Shown here: piece by piece, positions 13,183 to 26,022 of the stretch
Layout of the letters: the number at the start of each line of letters is the position of its first letter
Numbering within the stretch: position 1 is the first letter of the stretch
Assembly (NCBI RefSeq): GCF_006345805.1
Contig: NC_043000.1
Span: forward strand, 69,440,001-69,504,000
Reading direction: 5' to 3'
Source: Octopus sinensis
Taxonomy: Eukaryota
Length of the DNA stretch: 64,000 nucleotides
The notes under the pieces: generated by a model
Told to the model about the DNA's origin: nothing
What the model saw: the letters and a program-made list of their open reading frames with translations, nothing else
Databases searched by the model: none
Made by a program: the position numbers and the translations under genes

Positions 13183-13273
13183 TTTTTCTTCCTGAAGAGA
13201 AAGACACAATATGGTCCCATTATTCAATCGGATTTTGGTAATTTGTGCCTTTCGAAACACGTGTAGAATGAAA
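13183..13273 (+). ncRNA. Type I hammerhead ribozyme in the inverted pseudo-LTR
   Basis: Core CTGAAGA at 13192-13198. Stem II is GAAAG.CACAA/TTGTG.CTTTC. GAAA at 13254-13257, then C-ACGT-G-T-A, giving GUA cleavage after 13265. Stem I is TTTC-TTC/GAA-(T)-GAAA. Confidence 0.8.
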
Positions 13274-13483
13274 TAAAACGATTTCTGTTCAATCTGCGTT
13301 CAGCTCCATTTCTTCAATTCACCAATAATGTTTTAACTTCAATTATTCGCACCAACGCACGGTTGCAACGCCAGATGGTTGTACCTCCAACCGTGGTGTT
13401 TACTGCTGTGATTTTTGCTACTAAGGTATCGGTTAAACTTTTGATTAATCTACTACAAGATTATTCATCTTTCTATTTCACAT

Positions 13484-13518
<35 letters not shown>

Positions 13519-13634
13519 TATGTTTTCCATACTTAAAGCTGAAAAAGTCTCAATGACTGAAACCGGTACTGAAATGTTTTTTATAACATTATTTTAGCAT
13601 TTTCTATCTTGACTTTTTTTCTCATAATAATATA

Positions 13635-13674
<40 letters not shown>

Positions 13675-13692
13675 TATATATATTCTATATCG

Positions 13693-13754
<62 letters not shown>

Positions 13755-14289
13755 TGTAAATATATTTATTTGTACATATATATTGTACATACATATGTAT
13801 GTTTGCGTGCCTGTATTTATAAGCATATGTGCGTATAGTTAGAAAGATAGATAAACCCACACACACTCATATATACACACATACATGAATACATATTTAT
13901 ATATGTACATATGTATGTACATATGTATGTGTGTGTATATTTGTGTGGGTGTGTGCATGTGTGTGTGTGGGTGAGCGTGTATGTATGTACTGTGTACATG
14001 CATATGCGTACATAAGTATATGTGGATGTACACACACACGATCGAATTTCGATTTTCTGACTGGCAACGCCTTGTTTTTGAGTAAAACACTTCATTTCAC
14101 TTTGCTTTAGCCTACTCAGCTTTAAATGGGTAAAATCTCCAATAGATTTGCCTTCTGTTCAGTGGAAATGTTGGCCAGATCGCCTACATAACAGGGTGGC
14201 AGCATTCGAAAGTTACAATACGAGGAAGCGCATCATGTCAAACGGTGGTTTATAAGCACATCCGATAGTCTGGTTGATACAGTGATATA

Positions 14290-14560
14290 GGCGTGGTTGT
14301 GTGGTAAGAAGGTTGCTTTCCAACCATATTGTTTCGAGTTCAGTCTCACTTCGTAGCACCTTACGTAAGTGTCTTCTACTATAGACGATTAACAACCGAT
14401 GCTGGTGTGTTTATGTCTCCGTAAACTAGCAGTTCGGCAAAAGAGACCGATAGAATAAGTACTAGACTTAAAAAATAAGTTCTTGTATCAATTTGCTCGA
14501 CTAAAACATTTGAAGGCGGTGCTCCCATACGGCCGCATGAAAGTGAAAGAATAAAAAAAA
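14290..14560 (+). mobile_element. SINE family 1, internally deleted
   Basis: Head and tail match 60544-60950; the middle TA/TG part is missing. Confidence 0.75.
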
Positions 14561-15190
14561 GAGAATATATATATATATGAATATATATATATACTAGCTT
14601 AAGGTGACCCGCTCTACGCGCGGGTAAGAGTGTGGTATACATAAATAAATGTATACAAATTATATATATATATATATATAAATACAGATATATACACTTT
14701 GTTTATATACATTATATATACATATTTATATATAGAACACACACATACACACACATTTAAATTAACCCAATAAATATCTGATTCATGATATTTGTTCTCA
14801 TGATTGTGTGGTGGTGGTGGTGGCGATGATAATTCTCTCTATGAATGCAGACAGATGTAGAGAGAGAGTGTGAAATCACTGTCGAAGGCGGCGGGGGAAG
14901 ATATAGGACGCTGTGAAACGACGTTATCGAGAGAATTTGAAGGGAAGGGAGGAAAGAGAGAGAAACGGAGGAAGACAGATACATAAAAGTATGAGAGGAG
15001 ACAAGTGTGCGTTTTTTGCCCTAGCAACGACACCTTTCAAGATAGGGATTTCTAAACTAGCCCACTCTCATCCTCACCTCATTTTACATGTCCCTGTAAA
15101 TCCGACGGGATCTAGTGGCCTTTAGCCCGTTCTCAATGCCAAAACCAGACAAACAAACAAACTTTTCGCATTTCAGAATTATAATATAGA

Positions 15191-16069
15191 CTAGCTTAAG
15201 GTGACCCGCTCTACGCGCGGGTAAGAGTGTGGTTCTTACTTTCTGTTTTTTATCACCACATTCTCCCTCTTTGTTTTTCTCTCCTTTCTCTCTCACTTTC
15301 CCACTCTCTTACAATTCCTTTCTGTCGGACTCTCCCTCGCTTTCTCTTACTCTCTATCTTTCTCTATCTCTATCCCATTTATTAACAACAAAAGATCTTG
15401 AGTAAGTTGAGAAAGTAAAATATTTTGAAAGATCAATCATAAATATCAGGCAGTGACAACGGAAAGGTCTGCTTCAAGGCGGACAGCAAAACACTAACAT
15501 TTAAAAGGGACAGACGAACTTGCGAGCTGAATAGAAATAATATATATATTGGAAACCAAAGTTTGAAGGGATAGAATCTGAGGATAGTAGAGTCACCATG
15601 GCTGGCATTTCTTAACGTCGGACAGCAACGTAGTGGCAGTTTAACGACTGGCGTAAAATTTTGAAGTTGTTGCAAAAGAAAATTCGTAAACACCAAGTTT
15701 TGAAGTGATTCTTTCTCACGACAGTAGACTCACCATGGCAAGCATTCAAAACTTCTTCATCATGGACGACAACACATTAACGATTTAAAGGCTAGCGCAA
15801 ATCTTTTAGCTTGATGTAACAGAGAATTCCTAAACACCCGCTCCTGTAAATTTTAATCACCTTCCAGCCCCATTTAGACCCCTTTTCACATTTTGGTTAA
15901 TATAACCCGATTTCATTCGGGTCTACTCGGGCCACATTTTATAAGATGAGGAATTTTGTCCTAGAGGTCACGCCTTTCATTTGAGGAAAAAATAGTTGTC
16001 ATGCAAACTTGCCAGCAATTTTAACATAGGTGTGCATATTTTCAGCACAACCGACCACATAATGCACAC

Positions 16070-16075
<6 letters not shown>
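15191..16075 (+). mobile_element. Possible Helentron/DINE-1-like non-autonomous element
   Basis: Start ACTAGCTTAAGGTGACCCGCTCTACGCGCGGGTAAGAGTGTGG is repeated at about 14593-14636. It has a CT-rich tract, an internal diverged repeat of about 140 bp, and ends in ...CACACATTATATAT. Classification rests on recalled terminal motifs only. Confidence 0.4.
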
Positions 16076-16119
<44 letters not shown>

Positions 16120-16535
16120 GTGTGTGTGTGTGTGTGTGTGTACGTGTACGCATTATATATACAAATGTATATATATATAAAATTATATATATATATAAAT
16201 TAAATTAGAGATAAAACCACTATTAGGCAAATTAAACAGTGAAAACATAACCTAAAACATTAAAATAAAAATATAATGTACAAAATATATAAAATATAAA
16301 ATTTAAAAATATATATATATATATATATATATAAGGATAAAATTGTTAATCTAAATATCGATCTCATCAAGTGGCCAGCATGGGAATAAAAAAAACCTTC
16401 AAAGCTAATGATTATTATTAAAATTATAATTTAGGATATCTAAGATATATCATCACGCTGGAAATAGCAGCTAAAACTTGACTGTATATATTAAACAGAA
16501 TGTGATAACAAAGCATACATACATACATACATACA

Positions 16536-16572
<37 letters not shown>

Positions 16573-16608
16573 ACATATATATACATACATATATATACAT
16601 ATATGTAT

Positions 16609-16642
<34 letters not shown>

Positions 16643-16769
16643 TGAGAGGCATTGGTATCTAGAAGAGTCAATGAGTAAGTGCTATAGACAGACCGTAGTT
16701 AAACTCTTGGTTCGATAGTGATACGACTGAGGAGTTTAATGTGGGTCTCGTATTAGCATGCATATATAT

Positions 16770-16875
<106 letters not shown>

Positions 16876-16879
16876 TAGA

Positions 16880-17355
16880 GAAAATGAAAGCCAACGCTAT
16901 GAAGAGTTTTCAAGATATTTAAAAGGAAAAAGATAAAGATATATTCTAAAAGTGGTGGACGGTCTATTCTATGGTATACACCCCACTTCTCCTAAACGTT
17001 AAGAACTTAGCTAAATCCTTCTTTGATATTCTGGACTCCAATTTCCCTCGTCAACATAACTATTACTCTATCTTTAATAGATCTATCCTGAAGCTATCCT
17101 ATTCCACTCCATCCAAATTTCGAATTTATTATGGCAGCCTCTAATAAACAAAAGCTTTCTCTCTACTATCAAAACTTACACAATAACAACTCCGTTATAC
17201 ACGAGTGCCTAACATGTACGCAGCTCCAGCATTGAACACCATACGTTAGACTACAACCATAACCCAATCTACTGGCACTATCCAGAATACTAACACAACT
17301 TCCATCACCGTTAGAGATAGATTAATTAACAACTACGATAGCAATAATAACGATG

Positions 17356-17411
<56 letters not shown>

Positions 17412-17514
17412 CCTTATCAGACGGGTAGTCATGATGGGTATATTGGGCTTCGTATATTTTACCCCAGTGTCACTTTGATGGCATGAACTGCTCTCTCACT
17501 CAATAATAATAATA

Positions 17515-17562
<48 letters not shown>

Positions 17563-19430
17563 TAATAATAATAACGTAGATCTTTCTACCCTCATCTGTA
17601 ACCTCCCCTCTGACAGTATCACCGCCTCCATTCCTGGAAAGAATCCCCAAATTTCACTCACTTGTAACTGCCGACCTGGGTCCATCTGCCCTCTATAAAC
17701 CTATTGTAGATCTAATATAATTTATAAATGCACCGTCCTCAACACCTTACACAATTCTACAGCTATAGACATAGGGTCAACCATAAATTTTAAGCAGCGA
17801 TAAGCCGAGCTCATCGCAATTCTTTTAGATACAAGAAACACAGTAAATCCACAACACTCGCCAGTCACATACATCATCTCAAAAATAGAAATATTCCCTA
17901 CACTTTGTCGTGGTCAATAATAGATTCAGGGCTTCCATACCAAGGTCAAGTTATGCCTAAAAGAAGTATTCCACAACTACACGACACTACTAAATAAATA
18001 TAAAGAGGCCTAAAGTACATGCAACCAACGATTTTTTGATACCTTCAAATTTTACCACAAATCTAAATGCAACCTAAATAACCACACAACATATATCCAC
18101 AACACCCCTAGGTAAATCCCAACAACCCTACTTAACTTTCCTTTATCTTCATTTTAATTTTTAACCTTTAATTTTTAGATCACCTATCTTACTTTAAGGA
18201 TCTCACTTATTAAATATTACATATATGGACATACAAGCGGATACATGTGTGTGTGTAAATGTGTGTGCATGTATTTTTATGTATACACATATATACATAC
18301 ATATATATGTGTGTGTATGTATGCGTACGTGCTTATATATATACAAATATATATGAGTGAGAGTGTGTATGTGTATATATGTCTACGTAAGTACCTGTAT
18401 GCGCGCTTGTGTGTGACTGTGTGTAAGCGCGTGTGCGCATGCGCGTATGTATGTGCGTATGCATGTATGTGTGTGTATCTATGTATGCATATTCGCACAT
18501 GTATATGTGCGTGTGCGCTCGTACTTATGTACCTTCTTTCCTCCTCTCTGATTCCTACCTATCACATACGTCTATTTGTAGAAATTTGACATCTTTGTAT
18601 TCTTCCCTCCACTTTAAATTTTACTACTAAAACTAATACTCACTTTGGTATCACCCCACCCGTATCTTTTCTCTACTCATCCTTTAATGCAACCATATCA
18701 TATCACCCCTACTCACATATCTCACACTTATTTACTCCTTAACATCTCATCTCTTCCTATCCCTCCCCTACTCCTCTCCCATCCTCCCCTCACATTATCT
18801 TGACCACCAATTAACACTCCTTTTCTCACTTCTTTCGCCCTTTCTTCACTTTCACTCTTTTCACTGTTTTTGTCTCTTTTTCTCTTTCATCTTATTTTAT
18901 TTACACTTTTTCTTTTTGTCTCTTTCTTCCTCTCATTTTCTCTTCCTGTTCTCATTTTGACCAATCTCCTCATTCTAATCATACACATCTCTCCCTCCTC
19001 CATCTATCCACAAATACTACCAAGACATTCTCAAATTTTCATTCACACCACAAAACACTTTCGAATGAGCATCACAGAATCCACGGCTCCATACTTTGAA
19101 ATGACTAAACATTAACTACTATTGGAACTTACATACCATGTAAAGGAAACTTTTTTTTACCACTTCTATACACAACTTTACTCGAATAATAGAACTGCAA
19201 CAACAATTATTTATATTTTATTTCTACTTTAGCTCTCGTATTTCCTTCTATATTTTCTATCTCCCCCTTTTCTATTATAATTCCTTACTTCGAACTCAAA
19301 TATTTACCTCTATTTAACCATCTCACATCGTCTCTCATGAAGTGATATCCATAATATACCAGAAACAGCTGTAAGACTATATCTATATGTTTTTCCTTAT
19401 AAATGTACTGTAAACTCCTCATAGCCTTCG
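16880..19430 (+). mobile_element. Degenerate PLE (Naiad-like, second family), interrupted by (AAT)n and TG/TA tracts
   Basis: WYTPHFS...FFDILDSNFPRQHNYYSIFNRSILKLSYS (about 16970-17110) and NIIYKCTV...IGSTINFKQR...PYTLSWSIIDS (about 17710-17940). A hammerhead relic lies at 19330-19377. Confidence 0.7.
19330..19377 (+). ncRNA. Degenerate minimal hammerhead (core mutated, probably inactive)
   Basis: GTCT-CTCATGA-...-GAAAC-AGCT-GTA-AGAC. Stem I is GTCT/AGAC and the loop AGCT is palindromic, but CTGATGA is changed to CTCATGA. Confidence 0.55.
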
Positions 19431-19452
19431 CTTTGTTACCTCATTTTGTTAA

Positions 19453-19483
<31 letters not shown>

Positions 19484-19628
19484 TGTATATATGTATGTAT
19501 GTATGTATGTATGAATGTATGTATGTATGCATATATTATATATATATAATATATATATATATATATTATATATATATATATATAATATTATTAGAGACAA
19601 AACCACTATTTTGTCTCTAATATTATAT

Positions 19629-19658
<30 letters not shown>

Positions 19659-19661
<3 letters not shown>

Positions 19662-19880
19662 AATAAACTGACCATTGACAGAAATTTGAAAGGCACCCAA
19701 AGTCTTGCTAATAATGTCTACAACTTTAGCTTCAGGAAATTCTTTCTGGATGTCTTTACGGAGTGAATTCATCTCTTTCCATCCACCTCAGGCATCACAG
19801 TATTCAATGACCACATAATATTCTTCAGGGTTTTTGATTTCCACATCAGTTTTTTGGGCAAAATCGTCATTTGTTGACAT
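19659..19880 (-). pseudogene. Rdx/SelW-family selenoprotein-like reading frame (CxxU), intronless and 3'-truncated
   Basis: MSTNDDFAQKTDVEIKNPEEYYVVIEYCDA[TGA]GGWKEMNSLRKDIQKEFPEAKVVDIISKTLGAFQISVNGQFIH followed by (TA)n. The TGA at 19790-19788 is in frame. The pattern V.Y-C-x-x-U...L...FP...GAF.I.VNGQ.IH fits the SELENOW/MIEN1 family. Confidence 0.75.
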
Positions 19881-20245
19881 TTTTGCGAAAGAATGAAGCA
19901 AATAACACATCGGCTGTCTTAAGCAAAAACTGTAACGTTATAGTGAAGATATTTATCCAGCACATATTGCTACCCTTACATGTTATCCATCTCAATATGT
20001 GTCCAGTCAACAACAACAACACACTTCATTGTTTACCTTGTTTATTGATGAGATGTCTTGTGATGTTTAAATTGCAGTGTATGTTGTAAGAGGCATCTAA
20101 ATGTACAGGTTAATGTTGGGCAGCCCGTTGTGGTAGTAGTGATGTGTGTATGTGTGTGTGTGTGTTAGAGTGTGTGTGAGTGTGTGTATATATATATTTG
20201 TATATATATATATGTATGTGTGTGTGTGTGTGTGTGTGGTGTGTG

Positions 20246-20556
20246 TGGAGCGCAATAGCCCAGTGGTTAGAGCAGCGAACTCGCGGTCGTAGGATCGCGG
20301 TTTCGATTCCCAGACCAGGCGTTGTGAGTGTTTATTGAGCGGAAACATCTAAAACTCCACGAGGCTCTGACAGGGGGTGGTGGCGGTCCCTGCTGTACTC
20401 TTTAGCCACAACTTTCTTTCACTCTTTCTTCTGTAGGCCTGCTCGCTTAGCCAGTGGGGTGGCGTCATTTGAAGGCTAAAACAATGCGAAGCGAAGTGTG
20501 ACCAGCGATGTGTAGCAACCTCTGATAGCCTGGTCAGTCACGTGATCACGTGATAT
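20246..20556 (+). mobile_element. tRNA-derived SINE family 3
   Basis: A-box-like TAGCCCAGTGG, B-box-like GTTTCGATTCC, a GC-richer body and a tail ending in CACGTGAT repeats. Confidence 0.7.
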
Positions 20557-20699
20557 ATGTATGTATGTATGTATGTATGTATATGTATAATTTAGGACAA
20601 TCAGTAAATTTCATAGTAATACTCGGAGTTTAGGTTTCCTGTATTTCCGACATGATCTTTTAGGCAGCCCGAGCATCTGATCACATAAATTAGATTTTC

Positions 20700-21220
20700 G
20701 GACGCACAAGTGAATACCAGGAGACCTAAAATTACGACCCATCATAGCTGGCCTATCCTGTGAAACTCACCGATTACGTTCCTTCATGGACATTCTCCTG
20801 AAGCCATACCTAAAACACATCAACAGTTACATCAGAGATGATTTGGACATGTTAAACCACTTCCCAGAACAGGTCGAGGAAAAAACATTCATGGTTACAT
20901 TCCATGTCATGAACTTATATTCCAACATACCACATAGTTATGGGATAGAAGCAATTCGATTCTGGCTGGAACAACATCCAGAAGTAATACCAGAACGAAT
21001 AAACAAAGAATTCATCATTGAATCCATGAAATTTATCCTCCATAATATTCACTTCCTATTTGATACTACCTTCTACCGCCAAAAATCTAGAATTGCGATA
21101 GGTACGAAAGCAGCACCTACCATTGCCAATCTTACAATGGGTTTCTTAGAAAAAACAATGTATCAGGAATCACTGCTAAAATTTGGAGACCCTCTCGCCC
21201 AATACATAAAGGAAAATTGG
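20700..21220 (+). mobile_element. PLE RT fragment (different family from 9152-13473)
   Basis: LRPIIAG...MDILLKPYLKHINSYIRDDLD...NLYSNIP...IAIGTKAAPTIANLTMGFLE. It stops at YIKENW, just before the expected YxDD. Confidence 0.8.
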
Positions 21221-22463
21221 CCTTACGAATCTCCAACCATTACGCAACTTTTCGAGACGTGAATAAATGCCAGACCACGGGACTTAGCAAGCTAATATGG
21301 CGATTGAAGAATACGAACTCAAGCTACAGGCTGGAATGGTCAATTTTGTCGGTGGCCCTCCATTTGATAGGGGCAGAAGGAAGTGCACCTTTGTGTCTCC
21401 GAGCTCTTCCATATATTGTTCGCCAGAGACCGGATGGTAACGGACTTTTACAGTCGGCTTTCGATGCCCCATTGGCGGCGTTATATACTTATCTTGCTTA
21501 TAAATAACGCTTATAAATAATACCTGCCACCCGGTTACACTACTTATATGAAAATAGCCCTTGGAAATAAATTTTGAAAAGCTTTAAGAGAAATATGATT
21601 AACCATTGCAAGGGAATTACTCCCAGGAGACGAATGGTTTTTGTTTTGACGACGGGAGGTTTCTTTGACAAGGCATGATTAGACGAGCACACGCACACAT
21701 AAAATATTTTTCTGCCGCCTGACGGATTTTTCAGCAGTGACCATTGTGTAGGGCTGTTTACCAACTGACGGCCGCGCGATTAAACGCACATACGAACACT
21801 AAAATATTTTCTACCCCCTGACGGATTTCTCAGCAGTGACCAGTGTGTAGCGCTTCTTACCAACTTGCGGCCGCGCACATATAGACAGTACACACACACA
21901 TGTTTCTAAGTAGATTTTGGCTCGCCCCATATAATACACCTAATATTCTTTAAATGGTCAAACTTTAGTCTCGGTCACAAAGAACATCTACGCACCCCGT
22001 GCTCTCACCCCCGGAATGACCGCTGCCTGACCTTTAAATCTTCAAAGCACCCACCCCCGCAACGATTTCAACATACATTGATAAACAGTTTGGCCATGGC
22101 TCTTAGGAGCCTCGTTCGATTTGTTTTGCTCGCCTCTGTTCTGTTTTTGTTTTTTTCCAACGGATTTCCTATTTTTCCGAGAGAAAGACACAATATGGTC
22201 TCCTTATTCAATCGGATTTGGTAAATTGTGGCTTTCGAAACACGTGTAGAATGCAATAAAACGATTTCTGTTCAATCTTCGTCAACTCCATTTCTTCAAT
22301 TCACTAATAATATTAAAATTCAATTATCCGCACCAACGCATGGTTGCACAACCCATATGGTTGTACCTCCAACCGTGCTGTCTTCTGCTGTGATTCTTGC
22401 TACCAAGGTATCGGTTAACTTTTGATTAATCTGCAACAAGATTATTCATCTTTCTATTTCACA
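21221..22463 (+). mobile_element. 5'-truncated, older copy of the 9152-13473 PLE family (GIY-YIG tail + 3' end)
   Basis: Colinear with 12470-13473 and with the minus strand of 9905-10190. The hammerhead core is degraded (about 22165-22250). It ends ...CTTTCTATTTCACA followed by (TA)n. Confidence 0.85.
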
Positions 22464-22497
<34 letters not shown>

Positions 22498-22599
22498 ATA
22501 TATATATATATAATATATATATATAATATTATATATAATATTATATGTACATATATGTACTTTGTCACTTTTTCTTATGCGGACACGGGTTGAAAAGTT

Positions 22600-23760
22600 T
22601 TTTTTCTGCAGCTTAGGTAGATGTTCACAGAAACTTTTTAACAAAATTCATTGCTCCGCTAGGCATAGACTCTACTTTCTGCTACTATTAAAATAAGTTT
22701 TGCATGCATTTATCTAAGGTTTTCCACTTGATATTGTAATGTGTGGCGCTTTCCTTCAACGATCATATATGCTTAGCCAGGGCTGAGATATTTTGGTTTC
22801 TCGTGGACTTATGATCGTTTAATCTATCCTGAAAGGACCGTCTGTCATGCTCTCACACTTCTGGACGCTTGAGTATCCATTGCGATCTTTTGACTTACCT
22901 CTACCTCATTCATGATCGTCTCCGTATTGCAGTGGCGTTAAGGGGACATTTGGAGTTACCTCCGCATGGGCATACGACATCTGTCTAAGGAGTGGGCCAA
23001 CTTACTAATATTTTCTTTATACTAGGTGCGCACTGAGCTAATGAAGATTTTAACTACAGTTTTTTAACGCTTAAGGAGAAAGAGGCATTTGAACCATAAC
23101 TTGCGATGGCAGTTTCTCTTGTGGAGTTGGTAACTAATCTTGTCCTTAAAACTATTGGAATCTAGAGTCTCGTTGTAGTTGAGGCAGCAGCACCGAAAGT
23201 CTCTTTTCTTAAAGATAGGTCGGAAATTCTTCTGCTGATCCTTTTAGCTAGGTCCTTGTAAGGCTGGATAGTAGGAAGTTGTTTTAATGTATGTAAGCCT
23301 CTCATTTGGTTTCATAAGGTACCTATAGGTACCGGATTCCAAGACCAAAGTCACATCAGGGTAGTCAGCTGTCCTCAAGTTGGTTTCTTTTGTGAGCTTG
23401 CAGCCAAGGTAATTCATGGTCAAAGTAAGGTTCTTCCGTCACCTATCGAGTGCGTGTCCCTCGATATTGCGAATCCACTTCTCTGTAGATATCTCCATTG
23501 CTTTGGAAATATCGAAAAGATTAGAGTCGATTTGTGGGTTGTGGTTAGTTTTCCAGTTCATTTATTGCTTACACATTTTATTAGTGTATGTGGTGTCGGT
23601 AACAATCGTTCGATGATTTCAAGTTTGTCTCCTGTAGAGGGATCAGTTAATTGCTCTTCTTTAAAGACAGCCTTTAACACATCTAGAAATATTATTTGTC
23701 TTTCTTATCTTCCAGAATATCAACACCAGGACTAAATGTAGAGTCCCAAATTAAATTCTT
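22600..23760 (-). mobile_element. Degenerate PLE (Naiad-like, third family), RT end + GIY-YIG
   Basis: DYPDVTLVLESGTYRYLMKPNERLTYIKTTSYYP, CPCGGNSKCPLN..C and ALAKHI*SLKE...YNIKWKTLDKC, with many stops. Confidence 0.7.
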
Positions 23761-25459
23761 TTTCAGGTGCGTATCTTTACGTCCTGCATTCAAATCTAGA
23801 TTTGCTCGACTTCGTTTTACCCCCTACCGATATCGATAAAATCAGTACTAGAACCCTGATTTTGTGCGAATGTAAGAAATCGTTATTGACATTAAAACTT
23901 ATTATTATCATTAATTTTTGTATCATTATTAAGGAGAGGAGATGGTAGAGCATGTCGGAAGTCGGCTTTGCCTTTCATCCTTCCGGGGTCGATAAAATAA
24001 GTGCTCGTTGAACATAGGGGCAGATGTCATCAACTTAAAACTTACTGGCATTGTGCCAAAATTTGAAATTATAATTATTATAAAGGCATCATTATTATGT
24101 ACATATATGAAACAAATTGCTTATATAAGGCTTCACTCAGAACTGCTTAAATAGACAACTAATTTGTTATTACTATTCACCCTTTTATGTTCAAGAAATG
24201 TAAACCTGCAAAGTGGTATGAACCTTTTCAAAATATACATTATAAAAGTATAATAGAGTTAAAAGTTGAAAATTCTTTAACAAAGAAAGCAATTCAAAAC
24301 CTTACATAGTAAAAAATATACATGGCGTGATACTGAGCACCAAACTCGTATTTTCACTGTAAGTTATAGACCTCATATTTATAGTACCGGTTATCAAAGG
24401 CTCGGAAATTTTCATTTTCATTTTAAATTTAATTTGAGGTACAAGTTGGAAATGACAATATAGTGTTGGATGGACTTTTCAAGAAAAGTAGTGACCGTTT
24501 CTGAACATTCAGCGTTTGATGTTTTAAATTATGCTTTCTTCTGTAACTTTACAAGTGGAATAATACTCAAGTCAACAGTATAAAGAGTAGAAGTTAATTA
24601 AGTTCGTGCATTTCATTGATTTTAGACAATATATCTGGTTGTTATCTTTAATATTTTTTTCAGAGTTTAGATATGGACTTGGAAGTCGAATACGTTCAAT
24701 TTTCATTAATATAAAATAAAAACGAATACACAGATCATTTTATAATCAATTTCATTTATTAAAACGTATAAAAATACATTGTTGCAACGACATGCTCATT
24801 ATTCGTATAAAACTTCCGTTCCATAAAGGAAATTACGTAAAAATTCTCAATATATTGATATAAATAAAATGTTGCCAGCAACTGATTGTGCTTATTAGGA
24901 GATCGTCGATGAAAACTTTTCTTTACAAAATTATATTTATTATATATATATTAAATGTTTTGTCATATGAAATGTAAAATAAATATGAAGTATGTTTTTG
25001 ATGGACATATAATAAAGAACCAACGTGTAGTAAATGCCTCCAACGCAAACAGTAAATATTTTATAATTGAAGTTGAACACATTTCGAAATATTGAAGCGA
25101 AACATGTGTGCAAAGAAAAGTTAAATAACATGGTATTTAGTCATCGATGTATGCACGGATGTATTTGAGTTTATAGTTATGTATGTGTATGTATTAAATC
25201 ATATAAAAATAATTTAATACCAAACAATGCAGCGTGTTAGTTTTTAATTTAGTGTCCAAATCTGCATTTTGAAAATCAGCAATGACTGATTATCACTCCA
25301 GAAACAGCGTTATTCGGTAGAATTTGCTACAGACTGAACCAGCAGTCATTTGTAGCTACTGTACATTTTAATTAAACAGGTGTGTGACTGTACACGATAA
25401 TGTATGTGTATGTGACTGTATAATGTAAACAGTGTTTATATTAGACTACTGCATCTATG

Positions 25460-26022
25460 TTAATATGTGTTCCGGTAACCTTTACACATAGCTCTGAGCT
25501 TGAACGGTGTGTTGTGAGCGGTATATAACAATTGATTGTAAGTTGGGAAATTATAAATGTATCTGTTGTAAGGTTGGCTGCTGATTGAATGCAGTAATTG
25601 AGGTTGTGGCCAAATATTACGACCTACATTCACTAAGAATACTTTACTGCCTTCATTCTTAAGCTTTTCACTTTCTTCTAATACTTCTTGTGTAATCGCA
25701 GTTACTGAAGGATCGACAAACAAAACAGCTGTGTTCTTTTTCCAAGTAGTCGTACTGTCTTTTGTTTCATTTCCTTTTCTCATTTCACGTATGACATTCG
25801 CCAAGCCGGGAACAGCTATATTAACACTGTTTCTTGTTTCTGAATAAGATTTCCCAGTCAGTGAAGTCGTAGGAACATTGAAGTTAACCGGACAGTGGGC
25901 AAACGACACAACTCTGAAATTTCCATATCCAGTGTACGGCAGCATAGTATTGATAAATTGTGTAATCATGTTGGCTCTGTAGGCTCCCATAGAGAGTAGG
26001 TCATACCCATAGGTTACAGATG
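25460..26022 (-). CDS. vWA gene A exon 5 (degenerate vWA-like domain, stop codon)
   Basis: Acceptor TTTCAG at 26024-26023, phase 1, 563 nt, the same length as gene B exon 5. TAA at 25462-25460. Confidence 0.9.

Larger units (their letters stand above)
9152..13473 (-). mobile_element. PLE (Naiad-like), 5'-truncated, with an inverted pseudo-LTR, between (TA)n tracts
   Basis: Minus-strand RT plus GIY-YIG at 9905-12469. The 3' end (9152-10021) is repeated in inverted orientation at 12470-13335, and that arm extends to about 13473. Confidence 0.9.

Noticed and set aside
20246-20320. Functional tRNA genes here, at 58354 and in other SINE heads
   Set aside because: No complete cloverleaf or oligo-T terminator; each continues into repeat body sequence.
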